A stretch of 64,000 bases of DNA from Vicugna vicugna (Eukaryota). Positions 20,866-32,123 of this stretch are shown in pieces. The first letter of the stretch is position 1, and the number at the start of each line of letters is the position of its first letter. The notes under the pieces are model-generated. The model ran no database searches and was not told the DNA's origin. It worked only from the letters and a program-made list of their open reading frames with translations. The position numbers and the translations under genes are program-made. Location of the stretch: contig MU062841.1 of assembly GCA_013265495.1 (NCBI GenBank), positions 16,760,337 to 16,824,336 of the forward strand, written 5' to 3'.

Positions 20866-23096
20866 CAGAAGTACCCCCAGGATTGCTCCGGCCAGGCTTC
20901 CGTGCACACAGTGCAGCACGTGTCAGTGCAGACTGCAGGCAGGCGTGGTTCTGGGGGGCACCGTGAAGGACAGGTGGAATGACTGCTGGGAAGCTAATGG
21001 AAAGATGGGGGGAGCGCACCCCTCTGCTCTCCTACGGCATCGCCCAGTCCCCTCCTAGACCAAGTGCGCAGCGTGATCGCCGGCGTGGGGCCAGAGGGTG
21101 GGATTCCAGGCAACGCTTCAGCACTGAGACTGGCCTCTGCAGGAGAGGAGCGGACATAAATGTCATCTGAGTTTGGGGGGCTGGCGTAGCCACCCTGGGA
21201 AAGGCCAGATTTACCCCTCGCTGTCCAGTGGTTAAGAAACCAGCTGTTTGGGGGTGCCGTGGAAGCCGGGGTCTGTGTATTGGGGTCCCCTAGAAGCACA
21301 GCTTGTTTCTGGGCCTTGTGAGGCACAGCGGACAGGCACTGTCCTCTCATCCCGCAGGTGAGTATGAGAGGGGCGGCGTCACTGGACCGTGGTCACACAG
21401 CCAGCCGAAGGTAGGAAGGAGCTTTGGAGCCTTTCTGGAACAAAGGCCACAGACCCTGAGGAAGGTCTGAGGGGAATGGCGTGGGGGCAGGGCAACTCGA
21501 GGGACAGAGAAGGGGAGTCCTACCTCACCCCTTTGCAGACCGAAACCCTTCTGGGGAGAGTCAACCATTGGGTTTTGATAAAATTTCCCAGAGATTCCTG
21601 GGATATTTGTAAAGGGCGAAGGGGCCTGTGCCCCCAGGGAGTTTGGGAAATGCTGACTTACTCAAATGTAGACTTTCTGCGTAGTGGGGCTTCTCGGAGT
21701 CTTCGGTGTGCTAATGACTCAAGGTGGGACAGTCCCGGGCGGTGGCCTCCAGGATGTCCCCATCCCACCGACCAGGAAAGGGCTTCCCCCAAGCTCTGTG
21801 GACGCACGTCAGGTGACATGCTGGGCTGGGGCGGTGATGAGTTTAGAAAGGCCTGTTTTCTGGGGGAGGAGGAAGGTATTACACTAATGTTGGTCAAATC
21901 CCCCTAGGTGCAAAGCGGTTTTCAGAAATCAAGCTTTGCATCATCTGGAAGTTCAGAGGAAGAGGGACCCAGAAAAGGTAAGGTTTGATTAGAAAAAGCG
22001 CACAGGGAAGCGAAACCACCTGAAGTCCAATTTGAGAAAAGCTAATTTAAATATGTTGCTGAAAAAAAGAAAAAGCGGTTTCGTGTTTTGTAGAAGCTAG
22101 ACTTGGCGCCCGGAACTCCCGGGCTGGGTGGCGAAGGGCGCTGGCCCGCTGCTCTCGGAGCCCCGGTGGTTCGAGCAACACGTGGCCTGAGGGTCACGGG
22201 AAGCACCTGTTAGTGGGGGGAGGGGCGGCTGGGAGCTGAGATCGGCTTCATTTTCGAGAGATTTCTGCTTTCAAAATTCTCATTTTGTTTGTCTGTTGGT
22301 GACGCTGTGATGTGAGAACACATTTCTGCTCCATCAAAGGGTTAAAAAAAAAACGAAGCCCTGACATGCGAGCTTCCAAAGGCAGGGGCTGGACTCGGGT
22401 ACCCCCTGCCCGCCTCCTGGTTCGGGGCTGAGGGCCTGAGGGAAATAGTTCTCCTGGACTGGGCGTTTGACTCCGGTGCTTTTGAGATGGGACTCTAAGG
22501 AGCCAAATAAGCAAACAGCCCTCCACTGGCGCACGGTGGTTTCTGGCAGGGCTGTCCTGAAGGAGCCCGGGGTTGGCGGAGGGCTGTGCCTGCCTCTGCT
22601 TCTCTGCAGCTGGGTGGCCACAGGCGCGTCTCTTAACTTCTCTGAGCTCCAGAGTCCTCGGCGTAAAGCAGCGGTCCTAAAGGCCGCCTTGCTCCTCTCT
22701 CAGGCGACAGAAGCGTTGAAGGACAGAAGGAATAAATGCGTGTCGTAGAATTACGGTGCCACACCAGGACAAGTTACTGTCACGTGGCAGAATCTAAGCC
22801 ATGTCAGGAAGGCTCCTTCCCTACCAAGGAATATGTTTTGTCAAGGCTTGTCAAGGGGGCCTGAAATTGTATCACTAGAAATGCATTCCCCGGGATGCTA
22901 AAGGCTTTTAGATCTTTAAGACATTTTCACTGAAATGCATTTGGGAGACATCAATATAAAGCCATTATCTCCGGGCCCCTGAGAGCCTGGCCGAAGGGAC
23001 GGGCTTCTCCAGGCTGCCAGCAAACCAGCGGAGCGGAGGGGAAGTGATAAAGAGAAGCTGGTGTTCCAGGAAGGGGGCCCCAGCAGTGTGGTAGAC

Positions 23097-23245
23097 CAGT
23101 GCTGCTCACCCTTGAGTGTGCCCACGAGCGGCCTCGGGATGGAGGTGAAGCACAGATTCTGCTTCGGGTGCGTGAGAGAGGCCCGAGAGTCCACATTTCT
23201 CACGAGCTTCCAGGGGATGCTCGCCTGGGGTCCACCCTCGGGGTA
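23097..23245 (-). mobile_element. MER5A-like fragment
   Basis: cagtgctgctcacccttgagtgtgc..cacagatt..ggcccgaga..catttctcacgagcttccaggggatgct. Confidence 0.55.
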
Positions 23246-23280
23246 CAGGTGTGGCAATACTGAAATGACTGACAGCCAGC

Positions 23281-23322
23281 CCCGCTCCCCCAGGAACCCC
23301 GCTCCCCCAGGAACCCGGCTCC
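23281..23322. repeat. 17-bp tandem duplication
   Basis: CCCGCTCCCCCAGGAAC x2 plus a partial third copy. Confidence 0.9.
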
Positions 23323-24120
23323 GGTCGAAGGCCCTCTCACCGCAGCACTTGACGGTTTGGGAGGGGTTCTGGCGGAAAGCAGTGCTCCGGCGTGAGAGGA
23401 GAGTGATGACACCGGGACGCTGTCTGCTAATTTGGGTCTGTGGCTTCGTGTGGACTTGATTAGTGAGCTGTGCTCTTCAGAGCTGTTAGGACGCGCGTGC
23501 AAGACGGGGCCTTAGCCCTGGCTGGGCTCCTGTCTCCCACCCCGACAAGGCCGGTGGGACCTTAGCCTCCCTGCCCACTCCACCCGGCCCCACCTTCCCC
23601 TCCTGCCCCAGCTCGGGTTCCTCGAGTCTCTGGCTCTGTGGCCTGCCTCTGCGTGTCGAGTGGTGTGTGTGTGTGTATTGCTGTCCGTCTGTCAACGCCC
23701 TCCCCCTCTTCCTCCCTCCGAGCCCCTCCCTCCTTCCCCCTCCCGCCCTCCGTCATCATCAAGTCATCTCAGTGTTTCCTCTCCAGGAGCCGTTCCCCAA
23801 GGAGGGCGACGCCCCGTCTCACCAGGCATTTACTCTCCCACAGTCCTGGGCGTCTTAACGCTGGATGGTGAGCCCCTGTGGACAGACGCAGGTGTTCCCC
23901 TGTTTGGAGCTCCACGACGTAGACCAGGCGAGGCCCACGAGACCTGGCGAGTTCCCTGGCGCCGGGGCAGCTGTGAGTGGAGATGGCGCTTGCAGGTCTC
24001 CGAGCAGGCGCCTCCGAGCCCTGGGTGAAGGGGCCGGTGCTCCTAAGCGCTTGCTTTCTTGTTTTCCTAGGTCCTAGAAGTTACCACATGGCAATGAAGA
24101 AAGATGGCTGTGGCGGGTTG

Positions 24121-24275
24121 GGGGAGGATATAGCTCAGTGGTAGAGCGCATGCCTAGCAGGCACGAGGTCCTGGGTTCGGTCCCCAGCACCACCTCCCCC
24201 ATAAACAAATTTTAAAAACGTAATTACCCTCCCTCCATTTTTTTAAAATTCAAAAAAGGAAAACAACAAAGACAA
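24121..24275 (+). mobile_element. tRNA-Ala-derived SINE, camelid Vic-1-like
   Basis: GGGGAGGATATAGCTCAGTGGTAGAGCGCATGCCTAGCAGGCACGAGGTCCTGGGTTCGGTCCCCAGC head (intact box A, altered box B), then a taattaccctccc segment and an A-rich tail. Confidence 0.75.
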
Positions 24276-25139
24276 AAGTGAGAGAGAATGAAGAAGTAAG
24301 ACTTAAAACGTAGTGCATAAGACCAGGCACCTATCACAATGGGAGCCCAAGTGATGACCTGTGAACGTGGGATCGCAGGACCTCTCCCACCCGGATGGCC
24401 GGAGCATCCTTCAGGGAGAGTGGCTGTGGAGGCGGTAGTGCCGGGGGAAGCCTGGGCCACCAGAAGGGGGTGTGCTGCACAGTACCTCTAAAGAGGGGCC
24501 TGGGGAACACAATGGCCTTCCAGGATCCTGGGCACGTGGCACCTGATGCGGGGGCACCTGTCCTTGTGGGGAAGATGAGTACCGAATATTGAACTTAACG
24601 ACTGAAACTCAGGGGTGGGGGTGTGAGTCTCGTGAACAGGGCCTGAGGATGCTCAAAGGCAAGTGGTGAGTGTTGCGCCTTGGGAACTGGGGCTGGTCAC
24701 GCACGTGGGGCCGCACATCAGACCATGACACATGGATGTTTTTTAAGTGGCATTTCACAACGTACGGCTTGAGTCCTCAGGACTTCCAGTGGCTTCAAAC
24801 GGTCATGGAGAGCCCAAACAAGGACAATTTCTAGACCTGGGAGAGTAGGACCCCCGTGCAGGGCCCCTGCCCTGGGTGGTGGGCCTCCCTGCGGGGCCGG
24901 GGGCCTGCCTGGGCCACCTGCCATCCTTCCTGCCTGACCCTTCCCGCCTCCTCACCCGGAGCAGGCAAGGGCAGGGCGAGTTCCCCGGCTGAGCCGGATC
25001 CCCTCTCTTTTTTTGGATTGGAGCAGAGGTGTGCTGTGGCTGCCTCTCCCAGATCCCTCTTCCCGGAGGGCCTGGCAGGGATGGGGGGGCACTCAGGAGC
25101 CCCACACAAGCGGTCGAGGCTGTTCTGGAAGCAGGTAAT

Positions 25140-25620
25140 CTCAGAAAGGATGATTTAGGAGCGTGGCGTGAGAGTTGGAGGCGGCGCGCGGCCGTTCCCC
25201 ACGGCGCTCATTAAGTTTCCATAGATTGCATTTCCTGCCTCCCCGGCTAGCCCTCCAAAGTGCCTGTTATTAATTCATAAAAACACTGCAAGCGTGATTG
25301 AGTCCGCTGATTACTGGAGCAGGCAGACACAAGAGACAGTAAAATATTCCGTGTCTCTCTATCAGGCTCTCAGGGGCTTGGGAGGAAGAAAAAAAAATTT
25401 AACAGGGAAAAGCAACAACATGAAGAAAGGAATATGAAAAAAACTGTGTCGTGAAATATTAATCAGGGCTGTTTGCCCCCAGGGGCCAAAAGTGCAAGGC
25501 GGCGTAATCAGCGTAGCAGGAGCCGCCCAGCGACGCGTCTTTGAGAAGCTGATTATTGCGGGGAAGCACAGCTAAATATCCTGGCTCTTTGGACTGTGCC
25601 TCTGCTGTTGCTGGAGCATC
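25140..25620. promoter_or_regulatory. Candidate homeodomain enhancer
   Basis: Four TAATCAG/CTGATTA copies, plus TGATTGA and TTAATTCATAAAA, in non-repeat sequence. Confidence 0.45.
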
Positions 25621-26214
25621 CGATTCCCTTATCGTCCTTCTGCACGTGTGGCCCGGGGGAGTGCAGGAGGTGCTGCGGGACACGGCTCCACGGGCAGGGA
25701 GTCACTTGGGCCCCAGTGGGAGCTGCTTCAGTTCCTCTCCAAATGCTGATCGGGGAGGCGGGGTGTGTGGTGGGGGCGGTGGACGATGCCCAAGGAGGTT
25801 TGTGTGCATGTGGGTGGGGGCCATCTTCCAGGGTTGCCTCTTAACAGCTAACGACCTGATGCTGGCCATGCAGAGGGACCCTCAGTTCTGGAATGGCCTT
25901 CCTGGGGGTCCCCAAAAGGAACCCAGGTGGTTTTAGGGGAGTTGGGTGGTGCGCTCAGGGGCCTCCCGCAAGACTGGAGTCTTCCCAGCTCAACTCTTTA
26001 CTGACTGCAGTGGAGGCTTGTGGTGTACACATCATTGCCTTAAGGGGCCCCAGTGCCTGTCCTGGCTCCCTAGAGCTCAGGGATTGGGATATGAAGCCTG
26101 CGTGGAGGCTGGAAGGGAACGCACACCTGTCACTGTGGGCTCCGGTGAGCCTGAGAACCATCTAAACCTGAGGGTGAGCCTCACCTGCACAGAGTCTGAG
26201 ACTGAGTAGAAGTG

Positions 26215-26330
26215 ACTTTGGGGATCAGGTATTCCAACTTCCTCGTTGGACAGAAGCCCAGAGAAGGACAGTGACTTGCCCAAGGTCGCAGAGCAGAGAT
26301 AGGGTTCTTGATACACAGGCCAGCCTCCCG
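26215..26330 (-). mobile_element. MIR fragment
   Basis: gcccagagaaggacagtgacttgcccaaggtcgcagagc. Confidence 0.5.
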
Positions 26331-26539
26331 GAACACACTTGGGGCACGAAGAAAAAGGAGCAGGGGCAAGTGATGGAGACTGGCTTGCGTTAAGTCTTCG
26401 GGCTTAAGGAGATCTCCCTGTCAGTTACCAGCAGCTGGATCAGAGGGCAGTGAGGCCAGAGAAGAGATGGTGCCCCAGAGTGCCTGGGGGCTGGCCCCAG
26501 CCCCACACATACATTTCTGGAGAACCTTGATTAAATCGC

Positions 26540-26650
26540 CCGCTCTGAGCCTCAGATTCCTCATTTGTGAAGGAGTTTGAATAGGTAGTGATAGCAAATA
26601 CCTCATCAAATCCATGAAGGAGAGCGGTATCTGAGATGCGCTGTGGCCAG
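26540..26650 (+). mobile_element. MIR fragment
   Basis: ctctgagcctcagattcctcatttgtgaa..atacctca. Confidence 0.55.
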
Positions 26651-27074
26651 GGTCTTCTCCATGAGGAACAGAAAGAGGAGGGGGTTAAGTGAGGCACGCG
26701 GGACCAGTCACAACATCCCCATCCACAGATCAGAAGAGCAGCGTCACAAAAGGACTCAGGAGGAAAGCTGCCCTCTACCCCAGAGTGCCCTGCGGAACTT
26801 CATTCTCCTCTTGGTGTTGGTTTTAGAAGCTCAGAACTCCATCGCTGTTCTCCACCAGTCACATCAGCACAGGGCCCACCTCGGGGAGGACCTAGGCAGG
26901 CAATGGCTGCTTGCTTCGGTGAGTAGCTTACCTTGGGGGAAAAAGCGTTCCTTCTTGGCGCCAAGAGACGGTTGCTCAAGCCATTTGGGATGATACGGTA
27001 ATTGTAACTCATTCCTCAACCAAATGCATTATTCCTAATCTTAAGCCAATTCTGCCCATGAATACGTAACTGGA

Positions 27075-27190
27075 AAGCAAGGATTAACAAGGTTCAGCAA
27101 TTCGCCCCAGGTCATAGAGCTGGTCAGTGGTGGAGCTGGGATTTGAGCAAGGTCTCTGATTCCTAAGGCCTGTGACCTTCCCACTGTACC
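27075..27190 (-). mobile_element. MIR fragment
   Basis: caattcgccccaggtcatagagctggtcagtggtggagctgggatttga. Confidence 0.65.
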
Positions 27191-27479
27191 GCCCATTGAT
27201 GGCAGGGGATGAAGAGGAAATGGATGTTCTTCTACTGTTGATTTCCTCTCAGGCCAGGAAAGTGACCCTCAGGCTGGAAAGGAAAGAGTGACATGCACGG
27301 TGCTGCAGCTGGGATGGAGGGAGGAGGTCAGAAGCCTGGACCTAATCCAGTCTCTGAGGCCAGTGAGCCTTAGCCCTGGTCCTGAAGTCTGACAGAGATC
27401 ACCAACAGCTAGTGGTGATCTTGGGAGGACTGTGGAGGTGAGCAGACTTGAATGGTAATAGAAATATTGTGTATTCATG

Positions 27480-27865
27480 AACTTGATACTGATCCCAGGA
27501 GGGACTGCAGCATGAGTGATTAGAGCCATGATTTATTAGCAGTTAGAAAATGGTGTGGTGATAGCCAGGGCTCGTGATGGCTTTACAAAGAACAGCTGAA
27601 TCCAAATAAGCCTACGTCAAAGTAGCACTCTTTGACAAGGTTGTTGGAAAGGTGATCAGAGAAACACAATAAATGTAACAGATCTAAATTTCCATAAAGT
27701 AACTGATGTGGACTCTCAGGACATCCTGATGGGTGAGATGGGGAAATGCAGGCAGGAACCTTAGGAAACTGAGTTTAATGTAACCCACGGAGCTTTAATT
27801 AACGCCCAGTGTCTGGTCCTTCAGCGACGCTCAGCAGCATCTCCCAGATGGAGTGTCAATGTGGC
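27480..27865 (+). mobile_element. L3/CR1 LINE reverse-transcriptase fossil
   Basis: Translates to LENGVVIARARDGFTKNS* (from 27543) and DQRNTINVTDLNFHKVTDVDSQDILMGEMGKCR (27654-27752), matching the CR1 RT pattern SQHGFTK / DVIYLDFSKAFDKVSHDIL; broken by stops and frameshifts. Confidence 0.8.
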
Positions 27866-28380
27866 AGCAGCTGTGGCTGTGACTGAATAGATTCCCACCC
27901 CAGTCGTGACTTCCCCTGCCACCTGATATAAACAGGGAAACCAGATTTAGTATTAACTTAAGCATAATGCCAATTACATAGCACATAATCTTTGTAAAGT
28001 CCTTCAGGTACGCTCTAAGTAAATTAAGAAATGATTCAACATATAGAAAAAGTTCTGAAATGATACATTAAAAAACCCGATGCCAGTGGGGGGAGGGCAG
28101 GGTGGGCATCAAGGGCGATTGTTGTGCAAGGAGAATGTAATCAGACCTTGTTTGTATGAGCAGAACTAGGGAAAGGAAAAGCGCAGCTGGGCTCATCAGA
28201 CCTTCGAGCGTCAGGCGTGCTGTTGGCTTGGTGATGTGGAATGTCCCTCCCAGCCCTTGGCTCCGCGCACCTTGGCTCCACCTCTTGTCCGTGGTGCTGA
28301 CCTTGGACGCATCCTCCCCTGCTCCACCTCCACCCTCTGGAACCTGGTTCCCCCTCTCGCGGGAGGGTCTAGTTTAGGCT

Positions 28381-28480
28381 TGTGGTCTCCAAACGTGGCT
28401 GTACATCAGAGTCACTTGATAGGCTTTTTAAAAACAGGAGATCCGGGCTCACGCCATCCAACAATGAATCAGGCAGCACC
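28381..28480. mobile_element. MER5-like fragment
   Basis: gtggtctccaaacgtggctgtacatcagagtcac..ttttaaaaaca..tgaatcag. Confidence 0.5.
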
Positions 28481-28599
28481 GCTACCCCTGTGCAGCAGCA
28501 GACAGAAGCTCGAGCTGGGGTGGCGCCCTAGACACCAGGCACTGAGGCTCTCCCTTTTCATGCTCGCGACACACTTATCCAGTTGGTATGTGGTTCCCA

Positions 28600-28680
28600 T
28601 CAAAGGACAAGGTCACAGAGGCTTGGGGCAGTGGGGACCTGTCCAAGGCCATGTAGCTAGGAGGTGGCAAAGCCACGGGG
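28600..28680 (-). mobile_element. MIR fragment
   Basis: ggtcacagaggc..gacctgtccaaggccatgtagctagga. Confidence 0.4.
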
Positions 28681-28699
28681 TGGACCATTCCTTATGCAA

Positions 28700-29470
28700 T
28701 ATCTTGTGGGGGCTCAGAGAAGAGAGTGAGGGAGGATGGGTTCAGGAAGATTTCATTAAAATGTGGCATTTGAGTGAGGGTTAGGAGGATGAGGGTAGTT
28801 TGGTACTACAGGCAGGCCTGGCAGGAGAGGTGAGGAGTAGCCAGAGTAAGATGTGGAGCTGTGCAAATCAGGCACCTGGGAGGCAGCAGGGTTCTCCCTG
28901 ACTCAGGGTTCTGGCTTGATGGGTGGGATGGAGGCCGGGGAGGTAGCAGTGGTATCCATCTCCTCTGTCAGTGCTCCATGGAGAGCAGCCACCCAGCACC
29001 CCCGCTGCCTTCCAGTCAACATTTCTTGACCCCCTTCTGTGCACCAAACGCTGTGCTAGGCAACAGAGGTCCCAGAAACATGGGGACGATGTATCCCTTC
29101 CCCAAGAGGCACTCTGCCGGGAGAAAGACCAGACTGTGTTTCAAAGGAACGCCCAACAGTGAGTCAGAAAACCACCAGCAATGCAAGCCGGCAACCAGAG
29201 ATGCCCTGCGGCTCAAGAGTTCCTGTCAAAGTAGATGGTTCACACTGTGCATCTTGGTTGAGGTCAGGGAGGGAGAGACGCTGCAGAACCAGCGGGGTCT
29301 CAGCTGCAGGGCGGGGCGGATTTAGAAAGGAGGAGGGAGAACAAAGTGAACAAGGCACACAGCACGGGCAGAAGTGCAGAGGTCAGTGCACGTCAGATGG
29401 CCCTGGGGCCAGGCCGTGATGCACAGACTCGGAGGTCTGGCCCGGAGGGTTTCTAAGCCGAGGGCTTTCG
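28700..29470 (-). mobile_element. L2 fragments (degraded)
   Basis: acatttcttgacccccttctgtgcaccaaacgctgtgctaggc (antisense L2 tail at about 29020) and purine-rich L2-type stretches (ttcaggaagatttc..gtggcatttgag). Confidence 0.45.
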
Positions 29471-30379
29471 CGGTGGAACTCCAGGAGAGTTAGGGGCCCT
29501 TACAGCCAGTGACCAGGCAACTTGTAGCTGTTGGTGTCATAGGCAAATAGCTGTCCCTGCAAAGGGCCCCGGGCAGCCCAGGCCCCTGGCACCAGAGCGC
29601 CTGCGGTCCCCGCTGAGGCAGCCTCAGGGCCCCAGCCTCTAAGGAAAGTGGCTACTTGCTACCTGCAGGGCCGCTGGGACCACTGATGAGCTCGTGTTCA
29701 TAAAGGACTCTCAGCGCCTCAGAAGGGCCCTGCAGAAGTGCAAGTGGGTTATAATTACCACCGCCGTGATTAATGAGCCCCAACTTCGTAGAGAATACAG
29801 AGTGCGTAATAAAGGGGGGCAGCCAGAGAAAACTCCATGTGTTTGAACTTGGGATTTTTTTTTCCTTTGGAAAGTACATGTTGTAAAGTATCAAATGATC
29901 TTTTATTCTCTCCTTTCAAAACTGAGTAGAACCCCAGATGGGATGCCTCAATGCCAAGGGCAGAGTTTCCAAGAATAATGGAGTGTGTTGCAGCTCTTTG
30001 GAAAACACTGGCTGGAATCAATGCTGCCACTCCCAGTGACTTGCACAGTCAGCCTCCATCTGTAAGGAAATGACGCTACCTGCCTAACAGGTGGGGGGAG
30101 GAGGGGGCAGCCCTCAGCTCAGGAAGGTGACGCACTGGGTTCATGGCTGGCATTCAGTTAGCGCCAGTTCCATAACCGTTTATACCTCAGATCCCAACCA
30201 TGAAGGGGAAATAATGCCTCTTTCTTAGCCTAAACTGAAAAACAAGAAACCATACACTTGCAGTTCTCCGCTCTGGTAAACGTAGTTGTTTATAACAGTC
30301 ACCTTTTCACTTTCGTCTTTTGCCTGTGGCAGGCTCTCATTCCCTCAGGAGAAGTCCCTAGGGTTGAGAAGAAGACGCT

Positions 30380-30850
30380 TTTGCGGTTCCCAGGGAGCCC
30401 CGCCACGTCTCCCTCCAGAGGTGGTTGTGCCGGGGCTGCCCAGCTGAACAGGGGCGGGCGCCCCTCCACGGCCTCGCCGGCTCTGTGCGTTGCTACGTTA
30501 ACGTGTGCGGAGGGGGCGCTGTGCCATCTGCCGCGTCCCCGCGGTCGGCGTGGCCGTGGGGCGGCTGGGAGTCCTCTGTCGTCCTCCTGGTTCCCGCCGG
30601 CGCCGGCCGTGGCACTGTCAGCCGTGCTTCGACAGGGCGCAGCTGGCAGGCGGACAACTTTCTTTCATACGGAAAAGCCACTTAAAAACGTAAACGGGGA
30701 TGTACCTTTACGCATCGAAATTTTTGTAAAGAATTCGGATTATTTGGAAAAATAAACCGGAAATGAATTGTACTTCTAAATAATTTTAAATAACTAGCAT
30801 ACCTATTATGCAAATGAAACTTTAAGAAATCCTTCTAAGGGCGGAGGGCA
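30380..30850. promoter_or_regulatory. CpG-rich patch joined to an AT-rich element, candidate enhancer
   Basis: ACGTTAACGT 30495-30504, CTCF-like cores 30511-30534, then an AT-rich block with octamer ATGCAAAT 30808-30815. Confidence 0.45.
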
Positions 30851-31489
30851 CGGTGGCAGCTCGGTGAGGTGCCACCCCTTTTCTCAGCGCGGCTGGCGCG
30901 CCTGGCCGTCTCTCGAGGCCTCGGCTTTCTGGCTGTGGTGCCGTCACGCCTTGGTCATGCTCAGATTTGGGGAAACTGAAGTCCAAGTGCTCTTTTTTGC
31001 ATTCATTCTGTCACGTCTTTTGCTAGGATCCCCGCGGCTCAGCCCATTTTCTTAATTTAATCAGCTCTGTCCTTGGCTGGAGTCAGCATTTCCCCCTTTT
31101 GCTCTCGCTCTCGCTCGCGTCCCAGGCGCCCGGAGGTTGTCGAGGGGACTCCTCTCCCTTCCCGGAGCGCTCGGCATGCTCAGACCTCCCCTGGGCGAGC
31201 GAAGCACCTGCTCGCCCGCGTCTGATGGCCCTGGGCGGCACGCGGGTCGGCCCCTCTGTCCTCCTCCCCCAGGTGGGGCCCCCCGGGGCCCAGGACAGTG
31301 CTGCCCGTCTTTGACTCTCCCGACTTTGGGAGAGGAAAGTAAATGTGGAAGCAAGTGTCAGAGAGAGTTTGTGTGTTGCCTGGCCTAGAACCTCAGAGCC
31401 TTTCCAGAAAGGGGCCAGCTTGCGCAGGACGGGGGGAGTCGAAAGGAAGTCTTCCCCACACGCCTGGAAGGAAAGCTGCGGTTGCCTGA

Positions 31490-32010
31490 AGGACACTGAG
31501 ACAAGAGCGGTGCTGTCCTTGGGCATTTGGAGGGACATGTGACCCAAATGGCCACCTGCCCACCTGAGCTCCCCAGGTGACCTGCCCCGAGTGGCCTGTC
31601 CTGGCGGCATCTGACCACAGGGTGGGTGGGCGTCTGACCCAAGCCTGGACTAGCTCCTGCGAGCTCAGGGTTCGGAACTGGGTCACGGAGACTTTGGGTA
31701 GTTCCGGTTGGAACTTGAACTGGTGGGTCAAGGTGACCACTTTCTGCTGTGTACGTCGGGGAGAGAAAGGCAAATGTGAGAGAGAGAGAGAGAATATTGA
31801 AGCAGACGAGAAGGTCAGAGGAAGCTGGAGACAGGAGATCACTGGGCCCCCTGAGAAGGGGAAAAGGAAGAGAAATCCTTGGGCCAGTTTCCCTCACTTC
31901 CTGACCTTGGCCCCTGGCATAGTTCCTTGAATCCTTACAATAAACTCCCTGTTTTACGTAAGGCAGTCAAGCTTCTGTTCCTTGGGAGTAAATGATCTCT
32001 GCCTGAGACG
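31490..32010 (+). mobile_element. Old ERVL-class LTR (LTR16/LTR33-like)
   Basis: gaccacagggtgggtgggcgtctgacccaagc..gagagagag..gaatccttacaataaactccc..ttctgttccttg is the typical layout. Confidence 0.5.
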
Positions 32011-32123
32011 CTCAGGACTGCCTTAACAACTTGACCTCATTTACTGATGCATGCAATTTTTTTTTAATTTTTAAAAAGGAAAATCTGATGGAAAAAAGCT
32101 GCTAATTTCTCCTACTTATTTTT

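Noticed and set aside
24121-24197. tRNA-Ala(AGC) gene
   Set aside because: Broken acceptor and anticodon stems, altered box B, SINE tail and no clean terminator; called as a SINE.
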